Shown in pieces: positions 21,558 through 30,788 of a DNA stretch of 35,483 nucleotides. Origin of the DNA: Alphaproteobacteria bacterium (lineage in GTDB: Bacteria > Pseudomonadota > Alphaproteobacteria > UBA828); assembly GCA_030604165.1 (NCBI GenBank), contig JAUVWK010000001.1, positions 1 to 35,483 of the forward strand, read 5' to 3'. The notes below the pieces were generated by a model. It saw only the letters and a program-made list of their open reading frames with translations, searched no databases and was not told the origin of the DNA. Numbering within the stretch: the stretch's first letter is position 1; every line of letters begins with the position of its first letter. Made by a program: the position numbers and the translations under genes.

Positions 21558-22337
21558 ATGACTGACCAGAGTGCGATGTATGACCATTTCTCGGAGGTCG
21601 CCGATGTCTACCGGGATGTGAGGACCACGGATTTGGCGCCGATCCATCACATTCGCGACCGGCTGACGCAACGGGACAAGGTGATGGCGGCGGACATCGG
21701 TTGCGGCGCCGGACGCTATGATCGTCTGCTATTCGAGCATCTCCCGAACCTTCATCTCATCTGTATCGACGCAAATCCCGAGATGCTCGAGCGGCTTAAC
21801 CGCTATCTCAGCGCCAGCGGCATTCGCGATTTCGAGAGTCGGGCTTCGCGCGTGGAGGAGCTGGAGTTGCCGGACTCCGCGCTCGACTGCGTCTTTACCT
21901 TCAACGCCGTACACCACTTTGATTTTCCGATCTTCCTCAGCAAGGCGCAGCAGGCCATAAACCAGGAGGGGCGAATATTCGTTTACACGCGCACGCCGCG
22001 TCAGAACGCGCAGTCCGTTTGGGGGCGCCACTTTCCCGACTTTCCCGAAAAGGAAGCGCGGCTCTATGACCTTGAACGGATGAAGGGTTGGATCGGAGAA
22101 ACGCGCGGTCTTCGGCTCTGCGAGGCAAGGGCGTTCCGCTACGCGCGCCAGTCGAGCCTCGAGCGCCTGTTGGAACAGGTGCGCAGCAAGCACTACTCCA
22201 CGTTCTCATTGTACGCCTCCGATGCCCTTGAAATCGCGATCGAAGGGTTCACCGACAATATTCGCCGGCATTTCGACGATCTGTCCTGCATCGCGTGGCA
22301 CGACGAAAATACGCTGCTGGAGATCGCGCGCGACTGA
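21558..22337 (+). CDS. Class I SAM-dependent methyltransferase, substrate unknown
   Basis: 259 aa from the ATG at 21558. SAM motif I is AADIGCGAGRYD, and the post-I/II region includes LICIDANPEML and LDCVFTFNAVHHF. The track start at 21435 adds a P/R/G-rich extension that looks non-coding. Confidence 0.8.
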   Translation: MTDQSAMYDHFSEVADVYRDVRTTDLAPIHHIRDRLTQRDKVMAADIGCGAGRYDRLLFEHLPNLHLICIDANPEMLERLNRYLSASGIRDFESRASRVEELELPDSALDCVFTFNAVHHFDFPIFLSKAQQAINQEGRIFVYTRTPRQNAQSVWGRHFPDFPEKEARLYDLERMKGWIGETRGLRLCEARAFRYARQSSLERLLEQVRSKHYSTFSLYASDALEIAIEGFTDNIRRHFDDLSCIAWHDENTLLEIARD

Positions 22338-22416
22338 ATTGCCGGTGGGGGGCTCGAAACTCACTTGGGATGACATCCTAACGATTGCTTAACCAGCGCC
22401 CGGTAGCGTACCCGCC

Positions 22417-22857
22417 ATGAAAGCAATGGCGGCCTTAACCATCATGACAATGACCCTCTGGGCGCTGCCCGCCGGCGCCGAAGAGGTCGCCGAAGAGGTG
22501 CAGGTGGACGCCGATGTCTGCCGCTCGTTGACCGCGCATCAGGCGCGCGACGACGTGGCCTATCGGCTTGGCGTCGATGCCAGCGGCAACGCGGTGGCGT
22601 CCGCCGATCTCGAAAGCAGCGGCGGGCTCGATTTGGGCGCGGACCACGAATACTCGATCCCCCTCACGACGCTGCTCGGCGACTACGTCGATGCCAGCGC
22701 CGGGACGTCACTCGAGCCCATCGGCAAATCCGAGATCGGCATCGGGACGGTCACAATGAAGAACGGCGAGGTCTATTTCAACGACCGCCCGCTGGGCTCA
22801 TCGCAGAAACACGCCATTGCCGAGGCCTGCCGGAAGATGCAGGAGCAAGACGGCTAG
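22417..22857 (+). CDS. Hypothetical secreted/periplasmic acidic protein
   Basis: 146 aa. The N-terminus MKAMAALTIMTMTLWALPAGA-EE looks like a Sec signal peptide with an A-G-A cleavage site. There are two Cys residues (CRSL and ACRK). No obvious Shine-Dalgarno and no family recognised. Confidence 0.55.
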   Translation: MKAMAALTIMTMTLWALPAGAEEVAEEVQVDADVCRSLTAHQARDDVAYRLGVDASGNAVASADLESSGGLDLGADHEYSIPLTTLLGDYVDASAGTSLEPIGKSEIGIGTVTMKNGEVYFNDRPLGSSQKHAIAEACRKMQEQDG

Positions 22858-22990
22858 GGTTTTTCACCGCTTGCCTCGGCTGGCGCCATTCAATCTGGAA
22901 ATGTTCTAACGCCTCGGGCCCGTTGCGCTTTGGCTCGCCATTAGGCATATAGTCGGGCGCGGCAACCGGGGGGCAGCGCGAGAACGGGCC

Positions 22991-24301
22991 ATGCGGCTAT
23001 CCGACTATTTTCTGCCGACACTGAAGGAGAATCCGAGCGAGGCGCAAATCGTCTCGCATCGGCTGATGTTGCGCGCGGGCATGGTCCGCCAATCGAGCGC
23101 CGGGATCTATAGCTGGCTGCCGATGGGCCTGAGGGTGCTGCGCAAGGTCGAAGGCATCGTGCGCGACGAGATGGACGCGGCCGGGTGCCAGGAGATCTTG
23201 ATGCCCGCCATCCAGCCGGCGGAACTTTGGCAGGAAAGCGGCCGCTACGAGGATTATGGCAAGGAAATGCTGCGCATCACCGACCGTCACGAGCGAGCCA
23301 TGCTGTTCGGGCCGACCCACGAAGAGGTGGTCACCGACATCTTCCGTAGCAGCGTGCGCAGCTACCGCGACCTGCCGAAGAACCTCTATCAGATTCAATG
23401 GAAGTTTCGCGACGAGGTCAGGCCGCGTTTCGGCGTCATGCGCGGCCGGGAATTCTTCATGAAGGACAATTACTCCTTCGATCTGGACTATGCCGGGGCG
23501 CTGCGTTCGTACAATCGAATGTTCGTGGCCTATTTGCGGACCTTCGCGCGGCTCGGCCTGACGCCGATTCCCATGCAAGCGGACAGCGGTGCCATCGGCG
23601 GCGACCTCAGCCACGAATTCATCGTTCTGGCCGAAACCGGCGAAAGCGCCGTCTATTGCGACCGGGCCTGGCTCGAGACCGATCCACTGGAGCTGGAGAT
23701 CGATTACGACGCCGACCTTCAGCCCATCGTCGACCGGTGGACGCAGCTTTACGCCGCGACCGACGATAAGCACGACCCCGCGACCTGCAAGGTCGCGCCC
23801 GATCGGCTGTTCGAGGGCCGCGGCATCGAGGTCGGCCACATCTTCTATTTCGGCACCAAATACTCGGCCTCGATGGGCGCTGTGGTCAGGGACGAGAACG
23901 GTAAGGACACCGCCGTTGAGATGGGCTCTTACGGCATCGGGGTTTCGCGTCTGGTTGGCGCCATTATCGAGGCGAGCCACGATGACGCGGGTATCGTCTG
24001 GCCCGAGGCGGTGGCGCCGTTTCGGGTCGGGATGATCAATTTGCGGAGCGGCGATGAGGCCTGCGACCGCGCCTGCGAGGCGCTGTATGGCGCCCTCGCC
24101 CAGGCCGATGTCGCGGTCCTGTACGACGACCGCGACGAGCGCGCCGGGGTCAAGTTCGCCGAGATGGATCTGATCGGCCTGCCGTGGCAGATCGTCGTCG
24201 GTCCGCGCGGCGTCAAGACCGGCAGCGTCGAGCTCAAGGAGCGCGGCTCCGGTGAGCGCGAGGAGCTGTCGTCCGAGGCCGTGCTCGCTCGGTTGACGTA
24301 G
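22991..24301 (+). CDS. proS: Prolyl-tRNA synthetase (short alphaproteobacterial type lacking the large INS editing domain)
   Basis: 436 aa with [13 protein letters not shown] at the N-terminus, class II motif 2 [17 protein letters not shown] and motif 3 [10 protein letters not shown]. Confidence 0.96.
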   Translation: MRLSDYFLPTLKENPSEAQIVSHRLMLRAGMVRQSSAGIYSWLPMGLRVLRKVEGIVRDEMDAAGCQEILMPAIQPAELWQESGRYEDYGKEMLRITDRHERAMLFGPTHEEVVTDIFRSSVRSYRDLPKNLYQIQWKFRDEVRPRFGVMRGREFFMKDNYSFDLDYAGALRSYNRMFVAYLRTFARLGLTPIPMQADSGAIGGDLSHEFIVLAETGESAVYCDRAWLETDPLELEIDYDADLQPIVDRWTQLYAATDDKHDPATCKVAPDRLFEGRGIEVGHIFYFGTKYSASMGAVVRDENGKDTAVEMGSYGIGVSRLVGAIIEASHDDAGIVWPEAVAPFRVGMINLRSGDEACDRACEALYGALAQADVAVLYDDRDERAGVKFAEMDLIGLPWQIVVGPRGVKTGSVELKERGSGEREELSSEAVLARLT

Positions 24302-24327
24302 CGACCGGGCAGGCGAGGGGAGCGCGC

Positions 24328-25572
24328 ATGTTTTCAGCCTTCGAGCGCATGGTCGCGTTTCGCTATTTGCGGGCACGGCGGCAGGAAGGCTTTGTCTCCG
24401 TGATCGCCCTGTTCTCGCTCATGGGCATTTTCCTCGGCGTCGGCACATTGATTGTCGTCATGTCGGTCATGAACGGCTTTCGCGACGAGCTGCTGTCGCG
24501 AATTCTGGGGCTGAACGGACACATGGCGGTGCAGTCGTTCGAGACCGCCCTGGTGGATTTCGATCCGCTCGCTGACGCCATGCGCCGGATCGAGGGTGTG
24601 GTCAGCGTCACGCTCATCATCGAGGGACAAGTGATGGCCACCGCCCGGGGGCACGCGACCGGTGCGCTGGTGCGCGGCGTGCGCGGCACCGACATCGCCA
24701 ATCGCCCGCTCATCGCCGACAACATCGTGTCCGGTTCGCTCGAGGCGTTCGCTCAGGGGCAGGGGATTCTCGTCGGCGATCGGCTCGCCCGGCGCCTCGG
24801 GGCTGGGTTGGGCGACCGCATCACGCTGATCTCGCCCGAAGGTACTGCGACCGCCTTCGGCACGGTCCCCCGCGCGCGGGGCTATCCCATCGTGGCGACC
24901 TTCGATGTCGGCATGTTCGAATATGACAGCTCGTTCGTCTTCATGCCGCTGCCCTTGGCGCAGGTCTATTTCAAGCTGACCGACGCGGTCACCGGGCTCG
25001 AGATCATGATCGACGACGCCGACCGCGTGGGCGTCATGCGCGCGCCCGTGCTGCGGGCGATCGATGGGCGCGCTCACCTGGTCGATTGGCGCCAAAGCAA
25101 CGCCCATTTCTTCAATGCGCTTCAGGTCGAGCGCAATGTCATGTTCGTGATTCTCACACTGATTGTGCTGGTTGCCGCCTTCAATATCATTTCGGGCTTG
25201 ATCATGGTGGTGAAGGATAAGGGCCGTGATATCGCCATCTTGCGGACGATGGGCGCGACCCGCGGCATGATCATGCGGATATTTTTCATGAACGGGGCCA
25301 GCATCGGCGTCGTGGGAACGCTGCTCGGGGTCGCGGGCGGCGTCGCCTTTGCCGCCAATATCGACGCTATCCGATTGTTCCTGGAAGGGCTTTCGGGGGC
25401 GGAGCTATTTGCGCCGGAAATCCGCTTTCTTTCGAAACTACCCGCCAAGATCGACGCCGGCGAGGTGGCCGCGGTGGTCGCCATGACGCTTGGTCTCTCC
25501 TTCCTCGCCACGATCTACCCGTCTTGGCGGGCCGCTCGGCTCGATCCGGTGGAGGCGCTGCGCTATGAGTGA
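24328..25572 (+). CDS. lolC: Lipoprotein-releasing ABC transporter permease (LolC/LolE family)
   Basis: 414 aa with [14 protein letters not shown] at the N-terminus, a MacB-like periplasmic domain and a C-terminal FtsX domain ([22 protein letters not shown]). It is the only such permease in the window. Confidence 0.9.
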   Translation: MFSAFERMVAFRYLRARRQEGFVSVIALFSLMGIFLGVGTLIVVMSVMNGFRDELLSRILGLNGHMAVQSFETALVDFDPLADAMRRIEGVVSVTLIIEGQVMATARGHATGALVRGVRGTDIANRPLIADNIVSGSLEAFAQGQGILVGDRLARRLGAGLGDRITLISPEGTATAFGTVPRARGYPIVATFDVGMFEYDSSFVFMPLPLAQVYFKLTDAVTGLEIMIDDADRVGVMRAPVLRAIDGRAHLVDWRQSNAHFFNALQVERNVMFVILTLIVLVAAFNIISGLIMVVKDKGRDIAILRTMGATRGMIMRIFFMNGASIGVVGTLLGVAGGVAFAANIDAIRLFLEGLSGAELFAPEIRFLSKLPAKIDAGEVAAVVAMTLGLSFLATIYPSWRAARLDPVEALRYE

Positions 25573-26260
25573 GCCGGCCGGGAGCGGCCAGGTTATCGCG
25601 CTCCAAGAGGTCGTGCGGACTTTCATGCAAGGCGCCGCGCCACTCGAGATCCTACGCGGCGCCTCGCTCGCCATCGGCACCGGCGAGGTGATCGCCCTCA
25701 CCGGGCCGTCCGGCGCCGGCAAATCCACGCTCTTGCAGATTGCCGGGCTCCTCGAGCGCCCCACCGCTGGCGAGGTTTGCATCGAGGGCGAGCCATGCGG
25801 GCGCATGAGCGACCGCCGACGCACCCAGATTCGACGCCAGAAGCTCGGCTTCGTCTACCAATTTCACCACCTGCTACCCGAGTTCTCGGCCTTGGAGAAT
25901 GTCGTTCTGCCACAAATGATTGCGGGGGTCGGGCGGCGCGAGGCACGGGTGCGCGCGCGGGCGCTCTTGGCGCAGCTTGGTCTCACCGAGCGCGAAAGCC
26001 ACCGGCCGGCGCGGCTCTCCGGCGGCGAGCAGCAACGTGTCGCGATCGCGCGAGCCATGGCCAACGAGCCTATTCTGCTGCTCGCCGACGAGCCGACCGG
26101 GAATCTGGACCAGGAAACGGCGCAGTCCGTGTTCGACGAATTGCTGGCGATCGTGCGCGAAACCGGTCTCTCGGCGCTTATCGCGACCCATAATCCGAAC
26201 TTAGCCCGGCGGATGGATCGTGGCGTGGCGATCGAGGCAGGCGTGCTGGTGGAGCGCTAG
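25565..26260 (+). CDS. lolD: Lipoprotein-releasing system ATP-binding protein
   Basis: Walker [10 protein letters not shown], signature [14 protein letters not shown], Walker [13 protein letters not shown]. Start set at the ATG at 25565 (8-nt overlap with the permease gene) instead of the track start at 25490. Confidence 0.92.
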   Translation: MSEPAGSGQVIALQEVVRTFMQGAAPLEILRGASLAIGTGEVIALTGPSGAGKSTLLQIAGLLERPTAGEVCIEGEPCGRMSDRRRTQIRRQKLGFVYQFHHLLPEFSALENVVLPQMIAGVGRREARVRARALLAQLGLTERESHRPARLSGGEQQRVAIARAMANEPILLLADEPTGNLDQETAQSVFDELLAIVRETGLSALIATHNPNLARRMDRGVAIEAGVLVER

Positions 26261-26273
26261 CCGAGAAGCGCGC

Positions 26274-26924
26274 CTAATAAAGCCCGGTCTTGTAGTTGTC
26301 CTCCACGAAGTCGTCGCCTTCCTTGATTTCCTCCTCGGTCGGCGGCTTGTCCGGCGGCGCTGCTTGCTCCAGGATCATTTGCGCGAGCGAAGGAAATTCG
26401 CGCCGGTCTTGCTTGGCGTCTTCGTCCCACAGTTTGGAGCGTTTGAAGGCCTTGGCGCAGTGTAAGAACGCCTCCTCGACCTCAACCTTGATCCCCACCT
26501 TCGGTGGTTTGCCGCGCACTTCACTTTGCCGCATGAGATCTTCGTCATAGACGACCGTCGCCTTGCCGTTGACCCGCAGCGTGTCGTCGAAGCCGGGCAC
26601 CAGAAACAGCAACCCGATATTGGGGTTCTCGATGATATTGGTCATCGTATCCAGCCGGTTGTTGCCCGGCCGGTCGGGGATGAACAGCGTGTTGTCGTCC
26701 AGCACCGTGACGAAGCCTGGCGGGTCGCCACGCGGCGAGACGTCGGCCTTGCCATTCTTGCCGCTGGTGCCGATACAAAGGAAGGGGGCGCGCGCGATGA
26801 ACGCCTTGGCGTATTTGTCGAGCTTCGGAAGGCACTTTTTTATGGCAAGCTCCATGGTTTCGCCCATGGTCTCGCGGAGTGTGCCTTCCGAGTCGTAGAT
26901 TTTGCTCGCGTCAATGTCGGCCAT
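26274..26924 (-). CDS. Pyridoxamine 5'-phosphate oxidase-like FMN-binding flavoprotein
   Basis: 216 aa with ADVSPRGDPPGF, FIPDRPGNNRLD, NIGLLFLVPG and LRVNGKA, typical of a PPOX-class split-barrel family. Convergent with lolD, separated by only 13 nt. Confidence 0.75.
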   Translation of the reverse strand: MADIDASKIYDSEGTLRETMGETMELAIKKCLPKLDKYAKAFIARAPFLCIGTSGKNGKADVSPRGDPPGFVTVLDDNTLFIPDRPGNNRLDTMTNIIENPNIGLLFLVPGFDDTLRVNGKATVVYDEDLMRQSEVRGKPPKVGIKVEVEEAFLHCAKAFKRSKLWDEDAKQDRREFPSLAQMILEQAAPPDKPPTEEEIKEGDDFVEDNYKTGLY

Positions 26925-27096
26925 AACCTGATCCGTACGCCTGTATTGTTGTGGGTCGCTTGCCTGGAACTATAACAAAGCCGCCAGGCACGGGATATAG
27001 AGGCCGTGGACGGCGCCGTTGCCGGCCTGTTCACGGTGACAATACGCGGCCCCTGTGGAATCAATCATCGCAATCGCCGGAGGTCATTCGTCCTCG

Positions 27097-30000
27097 ATGC
27101 CGCACGCCGATTTCGTTCACCTACGGGTTCACACCGCCTATTCGCTCTCGGAAGGCGCCATCAAGGTCGTCGAATTGGCGGCGCGCTGCCGCGCCGAGCG
27201 CATGCCGGCTGTCGCTATCACTGACCGCGGAAACTTGTTCGGGGCCCTCGAATTCTCGCTCGAATGCGAGCAAGCGGGGGTTCAACCGATCATCGGCAGC
27301 GAGATCGCGGTACGCCACTCGGCGGGCGATGGCCCTCGGCGGGGTGGTGGCGGCCACGACGCGCCGCCGGACTGGCTCGTCTTGTTGGCGCAAAACGAAG
27401 CGGGCTACGCCAACCTCATGGCGTTATCCAGCAAGGCTTTTCTGGAAACGGAGTCGGGCGAGGCGCCGCAGGTCGAGCTGGCCGATCTTGAGGCACATTC
27501 GGAAGGGTTGATCGCGCTCACCGGCGGGCCGAGCGGGCCGATCGGCCGGCTGCTTCTGGAAGGGCAGGCGCAAGCGGCGCGCACGCTGCTCATGCGGCTC
27601 GCGGCCGCCTTTCCGGGACGGCTCTATGTCGAGCTGATGCGCCACGGGCTCGACGAAGAAGAGCGTATCGAGCCGGCCCTGCTCGACCTCGCTTTCGAGT
27701 TCGAGCTGCCGCTGGTCGCGACCAACGACACCTATTTCTCCGAGCCCGATATGTTCGAAGCCCATGACGTGCTGCTCTGCATTGCCCAGGGCGTTCACGT
27801 GGACGATACTCGCCGGCGGCGCCTGACGCCCGATCATGGCCTGCGTTCGGCGGCAGAGATGCAGGCGCTGTTCGCCGACCTGCCCGAGGCGGTGAACAAC
27901 ACCCTAGTCGTCGCGCGGCGCTGCGCCTTTATGGTGCCGAAGCGCGATCCCATCCTGCCGCCTTATCCGCTGGTCGATGACGGCGGCGAGGCCGATGCGT
28001 TGCGCACGCTCGCCCGCGCCGGCTTGGCGCGCCGCCTCGAGGCCCAGCTATTCACCTCCGAAATGGACGAGGCGGATCGAACCGGCGTGGCCAAAGCCTA
28101 TTGGGAACGCCTGGAATACGAGCTGAACGTGATCATCGATATGAAGTTTCCCGGCTATTTCCTGATCGTCGCGGACTTCATCCGGTGGGCCAAGGAACAC
28201 CACATTCCGGTCGGTCCGGGACGCGGCTCGGGCGCCGGCTCGGTGGTGGCCTGGGCGCTCTCGATCACCGATCTCGATCCCTTGCGCTTTGGTCTCTTGT
28301 TCGAACGCTTTCTCAATCCGGAGCGGGTCTCGATGCCGGATTTCGACATCGATTTCTGCCAGGACCGCCGCGATGAGGTGATCGCCTATGTTTGCCAGCG
28401 TTACGGTGCCGACCGGGTGGCGCAGATCATCACCTTCGGCAAGCTCCAGGCGCGTGCCGTGTTGCGCGATGTCGGCCGCGCGCTCGGCATGGCCTACGGC
28501 CACGTCGATCGGATTTGCAAGCTGGTGCCCTACATCCCGGCGAATCCGGTCTCGTTGCAGCAGGCGATCGACGGGGAGCCCCAGCTTCAAGCCATGCGCG
28601 ATGACGACCCGGCGGTGACGCGCCTGCTCGCGATTGCGTTGCGCCTCGAGGGGTTGTACCGGCATGCCTCCACCCATGCCGCCGGCGTGGTCATTGGCGA
28701 CCGCCCCCTGAACGAACTGGTGCCGCTCTACCGCGATCCGCGTTCCGACATGCCGGTGACGCAGTTCTCGATGAAATACGCCGAAATGGCCGGCCTCGTG
28801 AAATTCGACTTCCTCGGTTTGAAAACGCTCTCGGTGCTGGACCGGACAGTCCAGCTCATCGCCCGAGGCGGCGATCAGGTCGATCTGGCCACGATCCCGT
28901 TCGACGATGCGCCGACCTACGAGACGATGTCGCGCGGCGAGACCCTCGGCGTGTTTCAGTTTGAGAGTTCCGGCATGCGCGACCTGCTGCGCGAGGCCGG
29001 CGTTCACAATATCGAGGATGTTATCGCCCTGATCGCACTCTATCGGCCCGGGCCGATGGAAAACATTCCGAAATACATTGCCTGTAAGCGTGGCAAGGAA
29101 AAGCCCGAATTCCTGCACGAGACGATCGAGCCCATCACCGCCGACACCTATGGGGTCATCATCTATCAAGAACAGGTGATGCAGATCGCCCAGGCGTTCG
29201 CGAGCTTCAGCCTGGGCCAAGCGGATCTGCTGCGCCGCGCCATGGGCAAGAAGATCAAGGCCGAGATGCGGGCGCAACGCGGCACCTTCATCGATGGCGC
29301 GATGCAGAACGGCGTGCCCCGCGCGCGAGCCGAATATGTCTTCGACCTGGTCGACAAATTTGCCGGATATGGCTTCAACAAGGCTCATTCTGCGGGCTAC
29401 GCGCTGGTCGCGTATCAGACGGCCTATTTGAAGGCCAATTATCCGGTCGAGTTTCTCGCGGCCTCGATGAGCTTCGAGCTCAACAACACCGACAAGATCG
29501 GCCTGTTCCGCCAGGAGCTCGATCGCCTCGGCATCGCGCTCCTGGCGCCCGATATCAACGCCTCCGAGGTTGCCTTCGCGGTCGAGGGGCCCCCGCCGGA
29601 CGGGCCGGACGGGTCGAACGGGATCCGCTATGCCCTCGCGGCGATCAAGAATGTCGGCGCTCAGGCCATGCGGTCGGTGGTGCGGGAGCGCGAAGCCAAC
29701 GGCCCCTACGCCGACTTGTTCGATTTCGCCTCCCGCTTGGATAACCGGATCGTAAACAAGCGTCAGCTCGAGAACCTGGCCCGCGCGGGCGCCTTCGATT
29801 GCCTGAACCCCAATCGCCGCCAAGTCTACGAGGCGGTCCAGACGCTCATGCATCATGCCGGACGCACCGCCGCGGAGCGGGAGAGCAATCAGGTGTCGCT
29901 CTTCGAGGGCGAGGCCGCGGGGTACGCGGCGCCGTCCGACCTGCCGGAGGTGCCCGATTGGCCGCCGCTCGAGCGTCTCATGCACGAACAACAGGCGGCT

Positions 30001-30585
30001 GGCCTCTATCTCTCCGCCCATCCGCTGGATGGCTACGACGCGGATCTGGCGCGCCTCGGCGTGACGCCTTTGCAGGATGTCGCGGCGCAGCTCGCCAGGG
30101 GCACCACGCGCTTTCGCATCGCCGGCGTGGTGATGGGCGTTCAGGAGCGCAGCGCCGGCCCACGGCGCTACGCCTTCGTGCAGCTTTCGGACCCGGGCAT
30201 GAGTTGCGAGGTGGCTGTGTTCCAAGAGGTTCATGCCGTCGCTCGCGAGATCCTGGAGCCTGGCCGCGCGGTGCTCATGACCGCCAATGCTCGCGCCGAA
30301 GGCGACAGCGTCAAACTCACGGCGCAAACCGTGGACGATTTGGCGCATCGCGTCGCCGGGCGCCTGAGCGGCTTCTCGATCCGCCTTAAGGACGCCGAGC
30401 CGCTGGCCCGGCTAAAGGCCATCCTGGATCGTGAGGGCGACGGGCGGGGGCAAATCGCGCTGGTGGTGGAGACCGCTGCCGAACGGGCCGTGGCCATCGA
30501 CTTGCCCACAGGCTACGCGCTTACGCCGGCGCTCCGTGCCGAGCTGGGGGCCTTGCCCGGAATTCTCTCCATCCAGGATCTCTAG
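27097..30585 (+). CDS. dnaE: DNA polymerase III alpha subunit
   Basis: 1162 aa from the ATG at 27097, with GGAGG about 14 nt upstream. PHP domain FVHLRVHTAYSLSEGA, MPDFDIDF catalytic motif, VKFDFLGLKTL, and an OB-fold C-terminus. Confidence 0.97.
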   Translation: MPHADFVHLRVHTAYSLSEGAIKVVELAARCRAERMPAVAITDRGNLFGALEFSLECEQAGVQPIIGSEIAVRHSAGDGPRRGGGGHDAPPDWLVLLAQNEAGYANLMALSSKAFLETESGEAPQVELADLEAHSEGLIALTGGPSGPIGRLLLEGQAQAARTLLMRLAAAFPGRLYVELMRHGLDEEERIEPALLDLAFEFELPLVATNDTYFSEPDMFEAHDVLLCIAQGVHVDDTRRRRLTPDHGLRSAAEMQALFADLPEAVNNTLVVARRCAFMVPKRDPILPPYPLVDDGGEADALRTLARAGLARRLEAQLFTSEMDEADRTGVAKAYWERLEYELNVIIDMKFPGYFLIVADFIRWAKEHHIPVGPGRGSGAGSVVAWALSITDLDPLRFGLLFERFLNPERVSMPDFDIDFCQDRRDEVIAYVCQRYGADRVAQIITFGKLQARAVLRDVGRALGMAYGHVDRICKLVPYIPANPVSLQQAIDGEPQLQAMRDDDPAVTRLLAIALRLEGLYRHASTHAAGVVIGDRPLNELVPLYRDPRSDMPVTQFSMKYAEMAGLVKFDFLGLKTLSVLDRTVQLIARGGDQVDLATIPFDDAPTYETMSRGETLGVFQFESSGMRDLLREAGVHNIEDVIALIALYRPGPMENIPKYIACKRGKEKPEFLHETIEPITADTYGVIIYQEQVMQIAQAFASFSLGQADLLRRAMGKKIKAEMRAQRGTFIDGAMQNGVPRARAEYVFDLVDKFAGYGFNKAHSAGYALVAYQTAYLKANYPVEFLAASMSFELNNTDKIGLFRQELDRLGIALLAPDINASEVAFAVEGPPPDGPDGSNGIRYALAAIKNVGAQAMRSVVREREANGPYADLFDFASRLDNRIVNKRQLENLARAGAFDCLNPNRRQVYEAVQTLMHHAGRTAAERESNQVSLFEGEAAGYAAPSDLPEVPDWPPLERLMHEQQAAGLYLSAHPLDGYDADLARLGVTPLQDVAAQLARGTTRFRIAGVVMGVQERSAGPRRYAFVQLSDPGMSCEVAVFQEVHAVAREILEPGRAVLMTANARAEGDSVKLTAQTVDDLAHRVAGRLSGFSIRLKDAEPLARLKAILDREGDGRGQIALVVETAAERAVAIDLPTGYALTPALRAELGALPGILSIQDL

Positions 30586-30619
30586 CGCGCGCAGGACCGC
30601 CGCCAAAAGCCGAAACTCC

Positions 30620-30648
30620 TTGCCTTTCGGGACCTGGGAGGCTATCTA
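30620..30648 (+). promoter_or_regulatory. Candidate sigma70-type promoter for rpsB-tsf (TTGCCT-N17-TATCTA)
   Basis: TTGCCT at 30620-30625, a 17-nt spacer, and TATCTA at 30643-30648. This would give a 5' UTR of roughly 135 nt. Only moderate consensus match; pattern match only. Confidence 0.3.
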
Positions 30649-30788
30649 GCCGTAACCCCGGCTGAGCCGGGAATTCGCACGCGGACCCGCGGCGCGGCCA
30701 TGCTTTATTGGCGTACGCCGATCCGGTGTCTGGGCCTCGGCCCCGACCTTTGTGTCTGCGGAGGGTTAACCGGAGAAGGACGCGACCC

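Noticed and set aside
26261-26273. 13-nt gap between convergent lolD and the PNPOx-like gene as a sign of mis-annotation or overlapping transcription.
   Set aside because: Both ORFs have complete recognisable domains up to their stops. Close convergent spacing without a visible terminator is not rare. Nothing further can be concluded from the sequence alone.
26925-27096. Possible sigma54 (AGGCACG-N4-ATAGA) or SOS-box (GTTC-N7-CAAT, GAAC-N7-AAGC) sites upstream of dnaE.
   Set aside because: Each candidate misses core positions: there is no -12 GC element and the second half-sites are wrong. As far as I know the replicative dnaE is not SOS- or sigma54-controlled, so these are probably chance matches.
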